60,539 nt of DNA from an uncultured Ardenticatenales bacterium (lineage in GTDB: Bacteria; Chloroflexota; Anaerolineae; Ardenticatenales; JAADHH01), in contig CAZDTE010000002.1 in the NCBI GenBank assembly GCA_964508275.1, positions 1 to 60,539 on the forward strand, read 5' to 3'. Shown piece after piece: positions 34,112 to 43,090 of this stretch. How positions within the stretch are numbered: position 1 is the stretch's first letter; each line of letters opens with the position of its first letter. The notes under the pieces are model-generated. The model worked only from the letters and a program-made list of their open reading frames with translations. It did no database searches and had not been told where the DNA came from. The translations under genes were made by a program, and so were the position numbers.

Positions 34112-36283
34112 GTGGATGCTGGGGAAGCTATGACCCAATCAGATGACGGGAACCGGATAGTTATTTCGCGGGTGCGGTTTCCTTACATACTAATCGCCGT
34201 TCTGATCATTGCCCTGTTGGCTGTCGCCTTTGCCTTGTACTTCCTGGTCGTCCGTCGTCCGGCGCCGGTGGCGGAAGCTACGCCGACCGCCACCGTGGCC
34301 GCTTCCCCGGAAGGAATTCGGCGCGCCGCCGTTTCTGCACGTCCACCACCGCCGCCGGGGATGTTGTACAACCAGTCCGATTTCCTTCCCAGCGACTTGG
34401 GAACGTTGTTTCCAGGGTTTGGCCCGATGGGGGCGGAGAACAAGGACCTGGAGTGGATGGGCTGGACAGGGGAGATACAGGGCTTCCTCAACAACGCGGA
34501 GAAGCTTCAGGTCCGGCTGCTGAACGGTGAACGGATCGCCAAACCGACGATTGCAGGCATCATGTTTACGGCCGGCGCGGATGCGGATATGTCGCCCACG
34601 TACGGCAACGGCGGCGTGACCTGGGATTACTGGGCCGACTTCACACCCAAGCGGGTGTACGACAGCATGGGCGTGAAGACCGGCTACATCCTGGACCCCG
34701 GCTGCGGCAAGACAGCCGTCATGCCGCGCTACGACGACCCCACCTGGCAACAGGCGGTCATGGACGACATCGCCGTATTCGGCCAGTATTACAAGGACGA
34801 TCCTCGACTTACCGCCATCGAGATCAACTCCGGCTTTGACGGAGAGCCTCGCTACAGCAAGAGCAGCGGGGGGTGTGACTTCGACGGTGCCGCCGAAAAG
34901 ATCATCGATTCTCGCGAGTTTGACCAGTTCATGTACCGGATGATGGATGCGTATGCCACGGCCTTCGACGTCAACGGCGACGGGAAACCGGACAAACCGA
35001 TCTACATCCACCTCTTCTGGTACAATCGGGCCCGCGCGGAATACGCTATTTCCAAAGGCATAGGCATCAAGTTCAACTCCCTCACCGACGACGCCAACTG
35101 GTTCTACAACTACGACAAGCAGGGGGGCCAGGAGAGCAGCGGCTTCGGCATGTTGGCCATCGCCTACGATCTGGGGTCGCGCACCTTCCTGGCCTTCGAA
35201 TCGGGCCAGCCGTGGAAACCGTACGCCAATTCGTTTGTCTGGATGTCGTATCTGGCGGCCCTCTCGGCCCATCCGGATTTCATCGACAATTTCCGCTCGT
35301 GGACAGAGGGGATGTTGCAGGAAGGGGGCAGCGCTTACGAACCGAACACGCCCCTGAACTTCATCCAACGCCACCTCGGCGTCAGCCTGGAAACGACGCC
35401 CGACGTGTGGGTGGCCCTGCGCGACACGGAATTCAACGAGTGTGACGACAAACGGTGCTACACAGGATTTCGCGGCGATTGGAGCTTCTGGCTCTACCGG
35501 CGTGAGGACATCCCGGAGAACGGCACGGTTGTCGTCGGCCTGAACAACAGCGAGACGTGGGTAGGGATTCCGGAGCAGGCGCGCAACCAGATCTACGCCC
35601 GTCGTGCCCGACGCACCGACGAAGCAAACGGCCAGCACTTCATGTCGTTTGATGTGGATGACGGCTATCCGTTCACCAACCTGCCGCCGCGCAGTGAGCC
35701 GGGTGGGCGGGTCTCCTACGAGGTGACCATCATCTACCTTGATCAAGGTACCGACACGATGTCGCTTGAGTATGTGGACGGGGCCGGCACCCTGCACGAG
35801 GTACCGCTCATAAAGAACAACAGCCGGATGTTCCAGCGACACACCTGGCAAGTGGACAACGCGTACTTCGGCAACGGTCTGCCCGGTAACACCGACTTTC
35901 GAATCAACAGCAACAACGATGGCGATGAGACGATCCACATGGTGATGGTCCGCGGCATTGGCGACGTCAGTGACCGGGTGAGTCCGACTGCTACCAAGGT
36001 GCGCACAAACACGCCGGTGCCTCCGCCCGCTACGGGCACGCCAAGCCCGGCGGCGGAACCGACGGCCACAAACACCCCACGACCGCCAACCGTGACAACG
36101 ACACCGACGGCCCACGTCGGCGGCCAAGGAACGCCGCAAGCCGAAATCGCGGCCCTGCAGACGCAAGTGGCCTCCCTCACCGGCCGTGTGCGGAGTGTGG
36201 AGAATCGCCAGGCTCTCCTGGAGCGGTTGATCGACCGGATGCAAGCCCTCATCCAGCAAGCACTGGAAGCTCTGAAGCCGTAG
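34112..36283 (+). CDS. Membrane-anchored extracytoplasmic protein (possibly glycoside-hydrolase-like) with a Pro/Thr linker and C-terminal coiled-coil tail
   Basis: 723 aa with an N-terminal signal-anchor ILIAVLIIALLAVAFALYFLVV and a large Trp/Asp/Tyr-rich globular domain. The C-terminus is PVPPPATGTPSPAAEPTATNTPRPPTVTTTPT followed by a heptad-like helix. Start is GTG 34112 or ATG 34130. Confidence 0.8.
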   Translation: MDAGEAMTQSDDGNRIVISRVRFPYILIAVLIIALLAVAFALYFLVVRRPAPVAEATPTATVAASPEGIRRAAVSARPPPPPGMLYNQSDFLPSDLGTLFPGFGPMGAENKDLEWMGWTGEIQGFLNNAEKLQVRLLNGERIAKPTIAGIMFTAGADADMSPTYGNGGVTWDYWADFTPKRVYDSMGVKTGYILDPGCGKTAVMPRYDDPTWQQAVMDDIAVFGQYYKDDPRLTAIEINSGFDGEPRYSKSSGGCDFDGAAEKIIDSREFDQFMYRMMDAYATAFDVNGDGKPDKPIYIHLFWYNRARAEYAISKGIGIKFNSLTDDANWFYNYDKQGGQESSGFGMLAIAYDLGSRTFLAFESGQPWKPYANSFVWMSYLAALSAHPDFIDNFRSWTEGMLQEGGSAYEPNTPLNFIQRHLGVSLETTPDVWVALRDTEFNECDDKRCYTGFRGDWSFWLYRREDIPENGTVVVGLNNSETWVGIPEQARNQIYARRARRTDEANGQHFMSFDVDDGYPFTNLPPRSEPGGRVSYEVTIIYLDQGTDTMSLEYVDGAGTLHEVPLIKNNSRMFQRHTWQVDNAYFGNGLPGNTDFRINSNNDGDETIHMVMVRGIGDVSDRVSPTATKVRTNTPVPPPATGTPSPAAEPTATNTPRPPTVTTTPTAHVGGQGTPQAEIAALQTQVASLTGRVRSVENRQALLERLIDRMQALIQQALEALKP

Positions 36284-36364
36284 CGGAAGCGAAACGAGGG
36301 AGAGGGTGGGGAGAGTTGGGTTTGAGCGCAGGCCGGTGACTGGAGAGCGATTGGAAGGGATAGG

Positions 36365-38134
36365 GTGAAGCGAAAGAAGTTGGCTGGGATTGGCATAAGC
36401 CTGATCGTGTTGCTCGCGGGCACGCTGCTGTCGGTGATTGCTGGGCCGGCGGAGCAGCCAACGGGCGCCACCGGCGTGTTGGAAACACGGCGTTTCGGCA
36501 CTGCACCGCTGGTGGATGGCCACCTCCTGGAATGGGAAACGTCGGTTCCAATCACCGTTAGTGCGGCCACTGCCGGGCTGATCATCGGCTCGATTGATGG
36601 CTCGGCGGATATGAGTGCCGTCGTGCGCAGTGCCTGGACGACCGACGCCCTCTACCTCGCTATCCACGTCAACGATGAGCGGTTGATCGCCGACAGCACG
36701 GACATCTGGCGAGACGATGGCGTGGAGATCGGAATCGACGGCAAAGGCGATCTCCGGGCCTGGGGGCGAGACGATCACCAATACACCGTCCGCTCGGACG
36801 GGACGACAGCCGACCGAGGCGTAATCGGGACGGCGAATGTCACGGCTGCGGTCCGTGAGGTGGTCAACGGCTACGACATGGAGATTGCGATCCCCTTCTC
36901 CGAATTGCAGGCCAGCTCCGTCGTCTCCGGCACGGTGATGGGCATCAGCTTCGGCCTGCACGACGATGATGATGGCGACAACTGGGATGCCTATCTGGTT
37001 TGGGGTGGCACGAACACGAACAGCGGAACCGACCAGTTCGCCCGCCTCCAATTCATCGACACGCTGCCGCCGGCCACCGGCACGCCCGGACCGACGGCCA
37101 CTGGTACTCCCCGGCCGACCCTGACCGTGCCACCGGGCACGACACCGACATTGGCGCCGGGTTCCGGTTCGGCCCTCTTCCAGCAGGGCATCGGCAACTA
37201 CGAAGGGACCGACGACACCTACATCAATGTGTGGTCCCCAGACGATCGACACGGAGTGGACGGCATGATATCCGTACGCTCCGGGGACGTCATGGCGGCG
37301 CTCTTCCGGTTCGACGTGTCCCAGTTCCCGACGTATTCCACGGTTCGGCGCGCCGTTTTCAGCGTGTACTTGAGTCAGCGATCTAACCCGAATCCGATGA
37401 CGATCTCTGCCTTCCGCTTGCTGCGTCCCTGGTCCGAAAGCGAGGCTACTTGGAAGCTGGCCCGCCGGGGCGGGGCATGGAACCAGCCCGGCGCGAACGG
37501 GTTGGGCAGTGACCGGGCCTCATCAGCGTCGGCGAGTAAGACGGTGGACACGGAGAAGTCCTGGGTGGAGTTCGACGTCACCGGCATGGTGCGGCGGTGG
37601 GTTGCCGACCCGAGCAGCAACCACGGCCTGATCCTAAAGGGCGCTGGTGGGGTGGCTGTGCGCTACGATGTCTTCTCATCCGAATTCACCTCCCCGGATT
37701 TCCGGCCCAAACTGGTTGTGGAGTATTACTTCCCGTCCCCGACACCGACCGACACGCCGACGCCCACGAACACGCCGACTCGTACGCCGACGCCCACGCG
37801 CACGCCAACGCCCACCAACACGCCGACACCCACGAATACGGCGACGCCGACCAACACCTCGACACCGACAAACACGCCAACGAAAACCCCAACCCCGACC
37901 CGCACGCCCACCCCGACCCGCACGCCGACGCCTACGCGCACGCCGACGCCTACGAACACGGCCACCCTGACCCCCACCCCCACGCGTACGCCGACGCCCA
38001 CCCTCACGCCGACTCCCACGAGCACGCCGACGTTCGAGGAGCGCGTCATCCTGGTTGATCAGAAGATGAGGGTGCTCGAACAGTTGCTGGGAAACTTGGT
38101 GCAGGCGATCAGCGACTACAAGAGTGGGAGGTAG
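36365..38134 (+). CDS. Exoprotein: CBM9/DOMON-like sugar-binding domain + DNRLRE-like domain + ~100-aa TPTPT linker + C-terminal helix
   Basis: Signal-anchor [22 protein letters not shown]9-like block [43 protein letters not shown]-like block [36 protein letters not shown]. Then the (TPTPTxT)n linker and the tail [29 protein letters not shown]. Confidence 0.85.
   Translation: MKRKKLAGIGISLIVLLAGTLLSVIAGPAEQPTGATGVLETRRFGTAPLVDGHLLEWETSVPITVSAATAGLIIGSIDGSADMSAVVRSAWTTDALYLAIHVNDERLIADSTDIWRDDGVEIGIDGKGDLRAWGRDDHQYTVRSDGTTADRGVIGTANVTAAVREVVNGYDMEIAIPFSELQASSVVSGTVMGISFGLHDDDDGDNWDAYLVWGGTNTNSGTDQFARLQFIDTLPPATGTPGPTATGTPRPTLTVPPGTTPTLAPGSGSALFQQGIGNYEGTDDTYINVWSPDDRHGVDGMISVRSGDVMAALFRFDVSQFPTYSTVRRAVFSVYLSQRSNPNPMTISAFRLLRPWSESEATWKLARRGGAWNQPGANGLGSDRASSASASKTVDTEKSWVEFDVTGMVRRWVADPSSNHGLILKGAGGVAVRYDVFSSEFTSPDFRPKLVVEYYFPSPTPTDTPTPTNTPTRTPTPTRTPTPTNTPTPTNTATPTNTSTPTNTPTKTPTPTRTPTPTRTPTPTRTPTPTNTATLTPTPTRTPTPTLTPTPTSTPTFEERVILVDQKMRVLEQLLGNLVQAISDYKSGR
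37735..38032 (+). repeat. Low-complexity coding repeat (ACGCCGACGCCCAC-type units) encoding (T-P-T-P-T-N/R/K-T-P)n
   Basis: Read directly. The antisense ORF 37726-38049 translates as VGVGVRV repeats and is an artefact. Confidence 0.9.
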
Positions 38135-38140
38135 TCTGCA

Positions 38141-38962
38141 ATGGGCAGCACGCCTCCTCTGATCCTGGTGACAAATGATGACGGCATCGGCTCCCCCGGA
38201 CTACGGGCCGCCGTGGAGGCCGTACTGCCGCTGGGCGATGTGCTGGTCGTGGCACCAAAACACCAGCAGAGCGGAGCCGCGCGCAGCTTGCCGATTGACA
38301 GGGGGGTCACCGAGAAGGTCGCCTGGGCCGGGCCCAGTAACCACGAGGTGACCGCCTTCACCGTGGATGGGTCCCCGGCCCTGGCGGTGCGCAGCGCCAT
38401 TCTCCTGTACGCCCCGCGCATGCCCGCGCTCGTTGTCTCCGGCATCAACTACGGGGAAAACGTGGGAGTTGGCATCACCATCTCGGGGACCGTCGGGGCG
38501 GCGCTCGAAGCGGCCGCAACGTTCGGCGTCCCCGCGCTCGCCGTCTCATTGCAAACGCGCGTGGAAGACCACTTGTCCCACAATGACAACGTAGATTTCA
38601 CCACCGCCGCCTTCTTCACCCGAAGCTTCGCCGAAATCGCCCTCCGCCAGCCGTTGCCGCCGGACGTGGACATCCTCAAGATCGAGATACCCAGCACGGC
38701 AACCCCAGAGACGCCCTGGCGCGTCACCCGCGTTTCCCGCCGCCCGTATTTCTACTCCATCGTGGAGGAGAAGAGCGGACGCCGGGACATCGAAGGATAC
38801 GAACCGCGCGTTGACCCCGATCGGCTCGAGCCAGAATCCGACGTGTGGGCCCTGGCCATTGATCGTGTCGTCTCTGTTTCGCCCCTGTCGGTTGATTTAA
38901 CCTCGGCAACGGACCGGCTGTCACTCGATGCCTTGCTGCGCTCCGGCTCAACCCAACACTGA
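38141..38962 (+). CDS. surE: 5'/3'-nucleotidase SurE
   Basis: N-terminal ILVTNDDGIGSPGL SurE signature and SGINYGENVG. 273 aa. Confidence 0.92.
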   Translation: MGSTPPLILVTNDDGIGSPGLRAAVEAVLPLGDVLVVAPKHQQSGAARSLPIDRGVTEKVAWAGPSNHEVTAFTVDGSPALAVRSAILLYAPRMPALVVSGINYGENVGVGITISGTVGAALEAAATFGVPALAVSLQTRVEDHLSHNDNVDFTTAAFFTRSFAEIALRQPLPPDVDILKIEIPSTATPETPWRVTRVSRRPYFYSIVEEKSGRRDIEGYEPRVDPDRLEPESDVWALAIDRVVSVSPLSVDLTSATDRLSLDALLRSGSTQH

Positions 38963-39139
38963 GTCACGCCTGGGTTGTGGGCAGCAAGTCAAATCCCCCT
39001 GAGACGACTGGCTGAGCAATTCCGACCGGTTTTACACTTCGTTTACGAATTTCCCAAACACTCCTAACAGAACCCAGGTACACTGATTGAGGTTGTTAGA
39101 AAAGGTATGCCTGCTTGTAATTGAAAGGAGTGTACAACG

Positions 39140-40528
39140 ATGTCCAAGAAGCGAATGTTGTGGAGCCTGACGCTGCTCGTTGCCCTGCTCGTGGTTGGTG
39201 TGTCGGTGGCGGCAGCACAAGGCCCGGCCGATCCTCCCTCCGCGGGCGGATCCATCAGTGGTACCATCACGGCCGAAAGCGATGGCTCGCCCCTGGCGGA
39301 CATTCCGGTCCGTGCCCTGGACCCGCGCACCGGCGCCCATCGCGGCGCGCGCACGGATGCGGACGGGCACTACGTGGTGGAAAACCTGCGCCCGGGGAAA
39401 TACGTTGTCTTTGCCGGCGGCAATGGCTACCTGCCTGAACTGTACGATAACGTGAATCCACGGAACTTCCCCTATGCCACGCGCGTGGAAGTGACAGCCG
39501 GCAACGAGACCACCGGCATCGACTTTGCCCTCAGTCAAGGAGGCAGCATTTCGGGTGCCGTGACAGCGGCCGCCGATGGTAGCCCCCTGGCCAACATCCG
39601 GGTGTTCGCTGTGCCGGCAGGGACACACCCTCCGGAAGCCAGTGACACGGCGGAGCCCGCCGGCGCCAAGTTCGCTCCGGATCGCGACGCGCCGCTGGAC
39701 GAGCCAGAAGACCGGCCGGAACGGAAACATAAGCGACCGGGTGCGGTGACCGATGACACGGGACACTACACCATCGCCGGCCTGCCTACCGGAGATTTCG
39801 TCGTCGTGGCCGGTGCCGGTTCGGATTACCTACCCCAAGCATACAGCGAGGGAGGCACCGAGCCGACCCCGGTGCACGTCAACGCCGGCGAGGAGACGAC
39901 CGGCATCGGCTTCGCCCTCAGTGCGGGGGGCGGCATCACCGGCCGCGTTACCGACGAAGCCGGCGCGCCGATTGCCAACGCGAAGGTGCGCGCCATTGAC
40001 CCGGACACGCACGCTCGTGGTGGCGCGCGAACCGACGAGGACGGCAACTACAGCATCAGCGGCTTGAAGACGGGGTCGTACCTGGTGAACGCCAACGCCC
40101 CCGGTTACCTGCCGCAGTTCTACAACGGCGCAGCCGATCGCGACTCGGCGACGCGCGTGGCCGTGACAGAGGGGAGCACCACCTCAGGGATCGATTTCGC
40201 GCTGTCTAATGGCGGCTCGATCAGCGGGGTCGTCAGCGACGAGGAAACCGGTGAGCCACTCGCCGGCCGGGTGGTCATCGCCGGGAGTACGGAGACGACG
40301 GTGGGGTTTGCCCTCCATCGACGGGCGCGCACGGATGAAGCCGGCCGGTACACGATCACCGGGCTAACTAGCGGCAGCTACATCGTCGGGGTGCCGGGTG
40401 GGCACGGCTATGCCGGTGAGTTCTATGACAACGTGCGTAGCCGCGCCGAGGCAACCGCCGTGGAGGTGACGGAGGGATCGGCCACGGAAAACATCAACTT
40501 TGCGCTTGCCAAGCGGCTGGCCGAGTAG
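39140..40528 (+). CDS. Secreted protein with four carboxypeptidase-regulatory-like (CarboxypepD_reg) repeats
   Basis: Signal peptide MSKKRMLWSLTLLVALLVVGVSVAAAQ. Four units of the form GGSISG.V....G.PLA...V.A........RTD..G.Y.I.GL..G.Y.V........Y..E.Y......A..V.V..G..T..I.FAL. GAAAGGAG RBS. Confidence 0.85.
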   Translation: MSKKRMLWSLTLLVALLVVGVSVAAAQGPADPPSAGGSISGTITAESDGSPLADIPVRALDPRTGAHRGARTDADGHYVVENLRPGKYVVFAGGNGYLPELYDNVNPRNFPYATRVEVTAGNETTGIDFALSQGGSISGAVTAAADGSPLANIRVFAVPAGTHPPEASDTAEPAGAKFAPDRDAPLDEPEDRPERKHKRPGAVTDDTGHYTIAGLPTGDFVVVAGAGSDYLPQAYSEGGTEPTPVHVNAGEETTGIGFALSAGGGITGRVTDEAGAPIANAKVRAIDPDTHARGGARTDEDGNYSISGLKTGSYLVNANAPGYLPQFYNGAADRDSATRVAVTEGSTTSGIDFALSNGGSISGVVSDEETGEPLAGRVVIAGSTETTVGFALHRRARTDEAGRYTITGLTSGSYIVGVPGGHGYAGEFYDNVRSRAEATAVEVTEGSATENINFALAKRLAE

Positions 40529-40550
40529 GCCCACGACTCCGCACAACACG

Positions 40551-40584
40551 AAGAGGCCGGCGCGATGCCGGCCTCTTTCGTTTG
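40551..40584 (+). terminator. Rho-independent terminator
   Basis: AAGAGGCCGGC-GCGAT-GCCGGCCTCTT followed by TCGTTTGCAGTTTT, 22 nt after the stop codon. Confidence 0.75.
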
Positions 40585-40609
40585 CAGTTTTGAAAACAGT
40601 CCGCCGAAT

Positions 40610-40697
40610 CGTCATTGCGAGCCGGCGGAGACGGCGAAGCAATCTCCACTTTGGCAAACAGGGGATTGCTTCGGTGCTAACGCGCCTCGCAACGACG
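40610..40697. repeat. Long imperfect inverted repeat (CGTCATTGCGAG..GAAGCAATC / GATTGCTTC..CTCGCAACGACG)
   Basis: Arms read directly. It resembles the CATTGCGAGC..AAGCAATC type of short dispersed repeat seen in many bacterial genomes (from memory). Confidence 0.55.
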
Positions 40698-40827
40698 ACC
40701 CCGTTTCCCTGCTGGGCGGACCGCCCGTTCGGGCAGGCGGACTGCCGACCGAGCCCAGCAGGGTTCGCCTCGGTCAGGAGCTCCGGCGAGTGTAGTTTTC
40801 ATCCTGGTGGCGTGCCGTGCTCACAAC

Positions 40828-40862
40828 AAGAAGTTCGACTTCTCCCAGAAGTCGAACTTCTT
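40828..40862 (-). terminator. Perfect 15-bp-stem hairpin downstream of the histidine kinase gene (candidate operon terminator, weak U tract)
   Basis: AAGAAGTTCGACTTC-TCCCA-GAAGTCGAACTTCTT, about 40 nt after the kinase stop. On the minus strand it is followed by GTTGTG. Confidence 0.45.
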
Positions 40863-40901
40863 ACGCGCGCTCCAACCCCCAATCCCCAAAACCTGCCCTG
40901 G

Positions 40902-42326
40902 TCACGCAGCCGGCAGGCGGATCGTGAATGTGGTGCCCTTGCCAACCGCGCTGTGTACGGCGATGTGACCACCGAGCGTGTGCACGATCTCGCGGGTGAT
41001 GGCCAGGCCGAGGCCCGTGCCACCCTCGGCGGTGCGCGCCCGGTCCACGCGATAGAACCGTTCGAAGACCCGGGGCAGATCCTCGGGTGGGATGCCCTGG
41101 CCCGTGTCGGCCACGCGGATGACGACCCAGCGCCCGTTGCTGGGTACCGACTCAATCTGGCCAGTCAGGCGGACCGTGCCGCCGGCCGGTGTGTAACGGA
41201 GGGCGTTGTCCACAAGGTTGGTGAGCACCTGATTCAGCCGGTCCTCATCGGCGACAACAATCAGGCCGGGCGAAGAGGCAACGGCCTGCAAATCCACGTG
41301 GCGTTGCACCGCCTGTGGCCGGAATCGCTCTCCGCACCGCTCTAGCAAGTCCTGCACATTGAGTCGATCTTGACTGAACGTCACCTGGCCCGATTCCAGT
41401 CGCGAGAGTTCGAGGAGTTCGCTGACCAGGCGCGTCATGCGCCCGGCTTCCTGATGGATGATGCGCGCCGATTCGTGCTGGGCCTCCGGCGTAGACGCCG
41501 AGCCGTCGAGCAACGCCTGGGAAAAGCCCCGAATCGATGTCAGTGGTGTTTTCAGATCGTGGGAGACGTTGGCCAGGAAGTCGCGTTGGGTTTTGCGGGC
41601 GCGATTCACTTCGCGAGCCATGTGGTTGAACGCAGAAGCCAGCCGGCCAATCTCGTCGTCGCCGCTGATGACGATCTCTTGCTCGTAATCACCGGTAGCC
41701 ATCGACTGGGATGCCTTCGTCATCTCCTCAACCGGCCGGGTGATCGCCCGTGAGAGCAGCCCGCCGGCGGCCACACAGAGCACCAGCGTCAGAGCCAGGA
41801 CCAGCAGCAACGACGGCGCCAGTTCCAGCCAGGTGTCCACCAAGTCGGCTGCCGGCACGACGAGGGCGACGAACTGGGCCTTCTCCGGCGCGATACGCTG
41901 GGCCGGTGGGCCGAGGGGGATAAGCACGAAGAAAAGGTCCTGGCCGATGATCTTGCGGCGGCGCACCTCCGGGCTGAGGCCCGCATCCCGAAGCACGAAG
42001 GGGATGCGCTCGCCTGCGAGGCTCGCCGACGAATCGGTGTCCGCGACGACCAGACCGTCCCTCGAAAGCAGCACCAGCCGCACGCCGGCGGCATCCGCCT
42101 CGCGGCGCAAACGAGGCAAGAGGAGGGGGAGCGCGACCTGTCGTTCACCTACGAGGTTTGGGAGGCGTACAGAAATGGAAATGGCCAGAATGCGCAGGCT
42201 GCGCACAGCCGATTCTTCCTGACGGCTCTGCAAAAGCCAAGCGGCTGCACTGCCGGACAGCAGCAAGGAGAGGAGCGCGATCAGGGCATAGGTGGCGATC
42301 AGCTTGTGGCGCAACGTTCGAAACAT
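40902..42326 (-). CDS. Sensor histidine kinase (2 TM, HAMP, HisKA, HATPase_c)
   Basis: H-box FLANVSHDLKTPLTSIRGF, N box DNALRYTP and G boxes DTGQGI / GTGLGLAI. Trimmed to MFRTLRHKLIATYALIALL. The ORF extends to a TTG at 42425. Confidence 0.88.
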   Translation of the reverse strand: MFRTLRHKLIATYALIALLSLLLSGSAAAWLLQSRQEESAVRSLRILAISISVRLPNLVGERQVALPLLLPRLRREADAAGVRLVLLSRDGLVVADTDSSASLAGERIPFVLRDAGLSPEVRRRKIIGQDLFFVLIPLGPPAQRIAPEKAQFVALVVPAADLVDTWLELAPSLLLVLALTLVLCVAAGGLLSRAITRPVEEMTKASQSMATGDYEQEIVISGDDEIGRLASAFNHMAREVNRARKTQRDFLANVSHDLKTPLTSIRGFSQALLDGSASTPEAQHESARIIHQEAGRMTRLVSELLELSRLESGQVTFSQDRLNVQDLLERCGERFRPQAVQRHVDLQAVASSPGLIVVADEDRLNQVLTNLVDNALRYTPAGGTVRLTGQIESVPSNGRWVVIRVADTGQGIPPEDLPRVFERFYRVDRARTAEGGTGLGLAITREIVHTLGGHIAVHSAVGKGTTFTIRLPAA

Positions 42327-42408
42327 ACGGTGTGACCCCAGCGGGGGCCGAGGCCAACCCGGCCAACCGGTTGAGCCGTTACGCCCCGTCGCCGCGTAGG
42401 CCCCTCCC

Positions 42409-43089
42409 TCAATCTTCGTCGGCAATCAGTTTGTACCCGATGCCCCAGATCGTTTCTATGGCGACGCCGCTCTCGGCCAACTTGTCTCGTAGGCTGGCTA
42501 CGTGTACGTCCACGGTGCGGGTGTCGCCATAGAAATCGTAGCCCCAGACCGAATCGAGCAACTGGTCTCTGCTCAGCACCAGGCCGCGGTTTTGTACGAA
42601 GGCCCACAGGAGATCGAATTCTTTGGGACGCAGGGAGATCGGCTTATCACCCACCCGTACCTCGCGTCGGGCATGATCGAGGCGCAGGTTGCCCATCTCC
42701 AGGGCCCGTGGAGTCTTCGGAGGGATCTCGACTCGGCGCATAATGGCCTTGATGCGGGCCACAAGCTCACGGGGGTTGAACGGTTTGGTGACATAGTCGT
42801 CGGCGCCCAGTTCCAGGCCCACCACTTTGTCCACGTCGTCGTCGCGCGCGGTTAGCATGATGATGGGAAGATCGTTGCCGGCTTGCCGCAGGCGGCGGCA
42901 CACCTCCCAGCCGTCCATTGCGGGCAGCATGATGTCCAGCAACAACAGGTCCGGCCGCTCATCGGTCGCCCGCTGGAGCGCGGTCTTGCCGTCCGCCGCC
43001 CGTAGCACGGTGTACCCCTCTTTGCCCAGGTACAACTTGGCAAGCTGAAAGATGTTATCTTCGTCGTCGGCGACGAGAATCGTGGCCAT
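42409..43089 (-). CDS. OmpR/PhoB-family response regulator
   Basis: Receiver domain ILVADDED...LLLLDIMLPAMDG plus a winged-helix Trans_reg_C domain (LRPKEFDLLWAF..TRTVDVHVASLRDKL). Confidence 0.93.
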   Translation of the reverse strand: MATILVADDEDNIFQLAKLYLGKEGYTVLRAADGKTALQRATDERPDLLLLDIMLPAMDGWEVCRRLRQAGNDLPIIMLTARDDDVDKVVGLELGADDYVTKPFNPRELVARIKAIMRRVEIPPKTPRALEMGNLRLDHARREVRVGDKPISLRPKEFDLLWAFVQNRGLVLSRDQLLDSVWGYDFYGDTRTVDVHVASLRDKLAESGVAIETIWGIGYKLIADED

Positions 43090-43090
43090 G

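Noticed and set aside
34190-37252. A 1020-aa ORF on the minus strand, the longest ORF in this region
   Set aside because: It lies antisense to two well-supported plus-strand genes that have signal anchors and CBM9/DNRLRE motifs. Its translation is Arg/Gly/Pro/Val-rich with no motifs, which is the typical high-GC antisense artefact.
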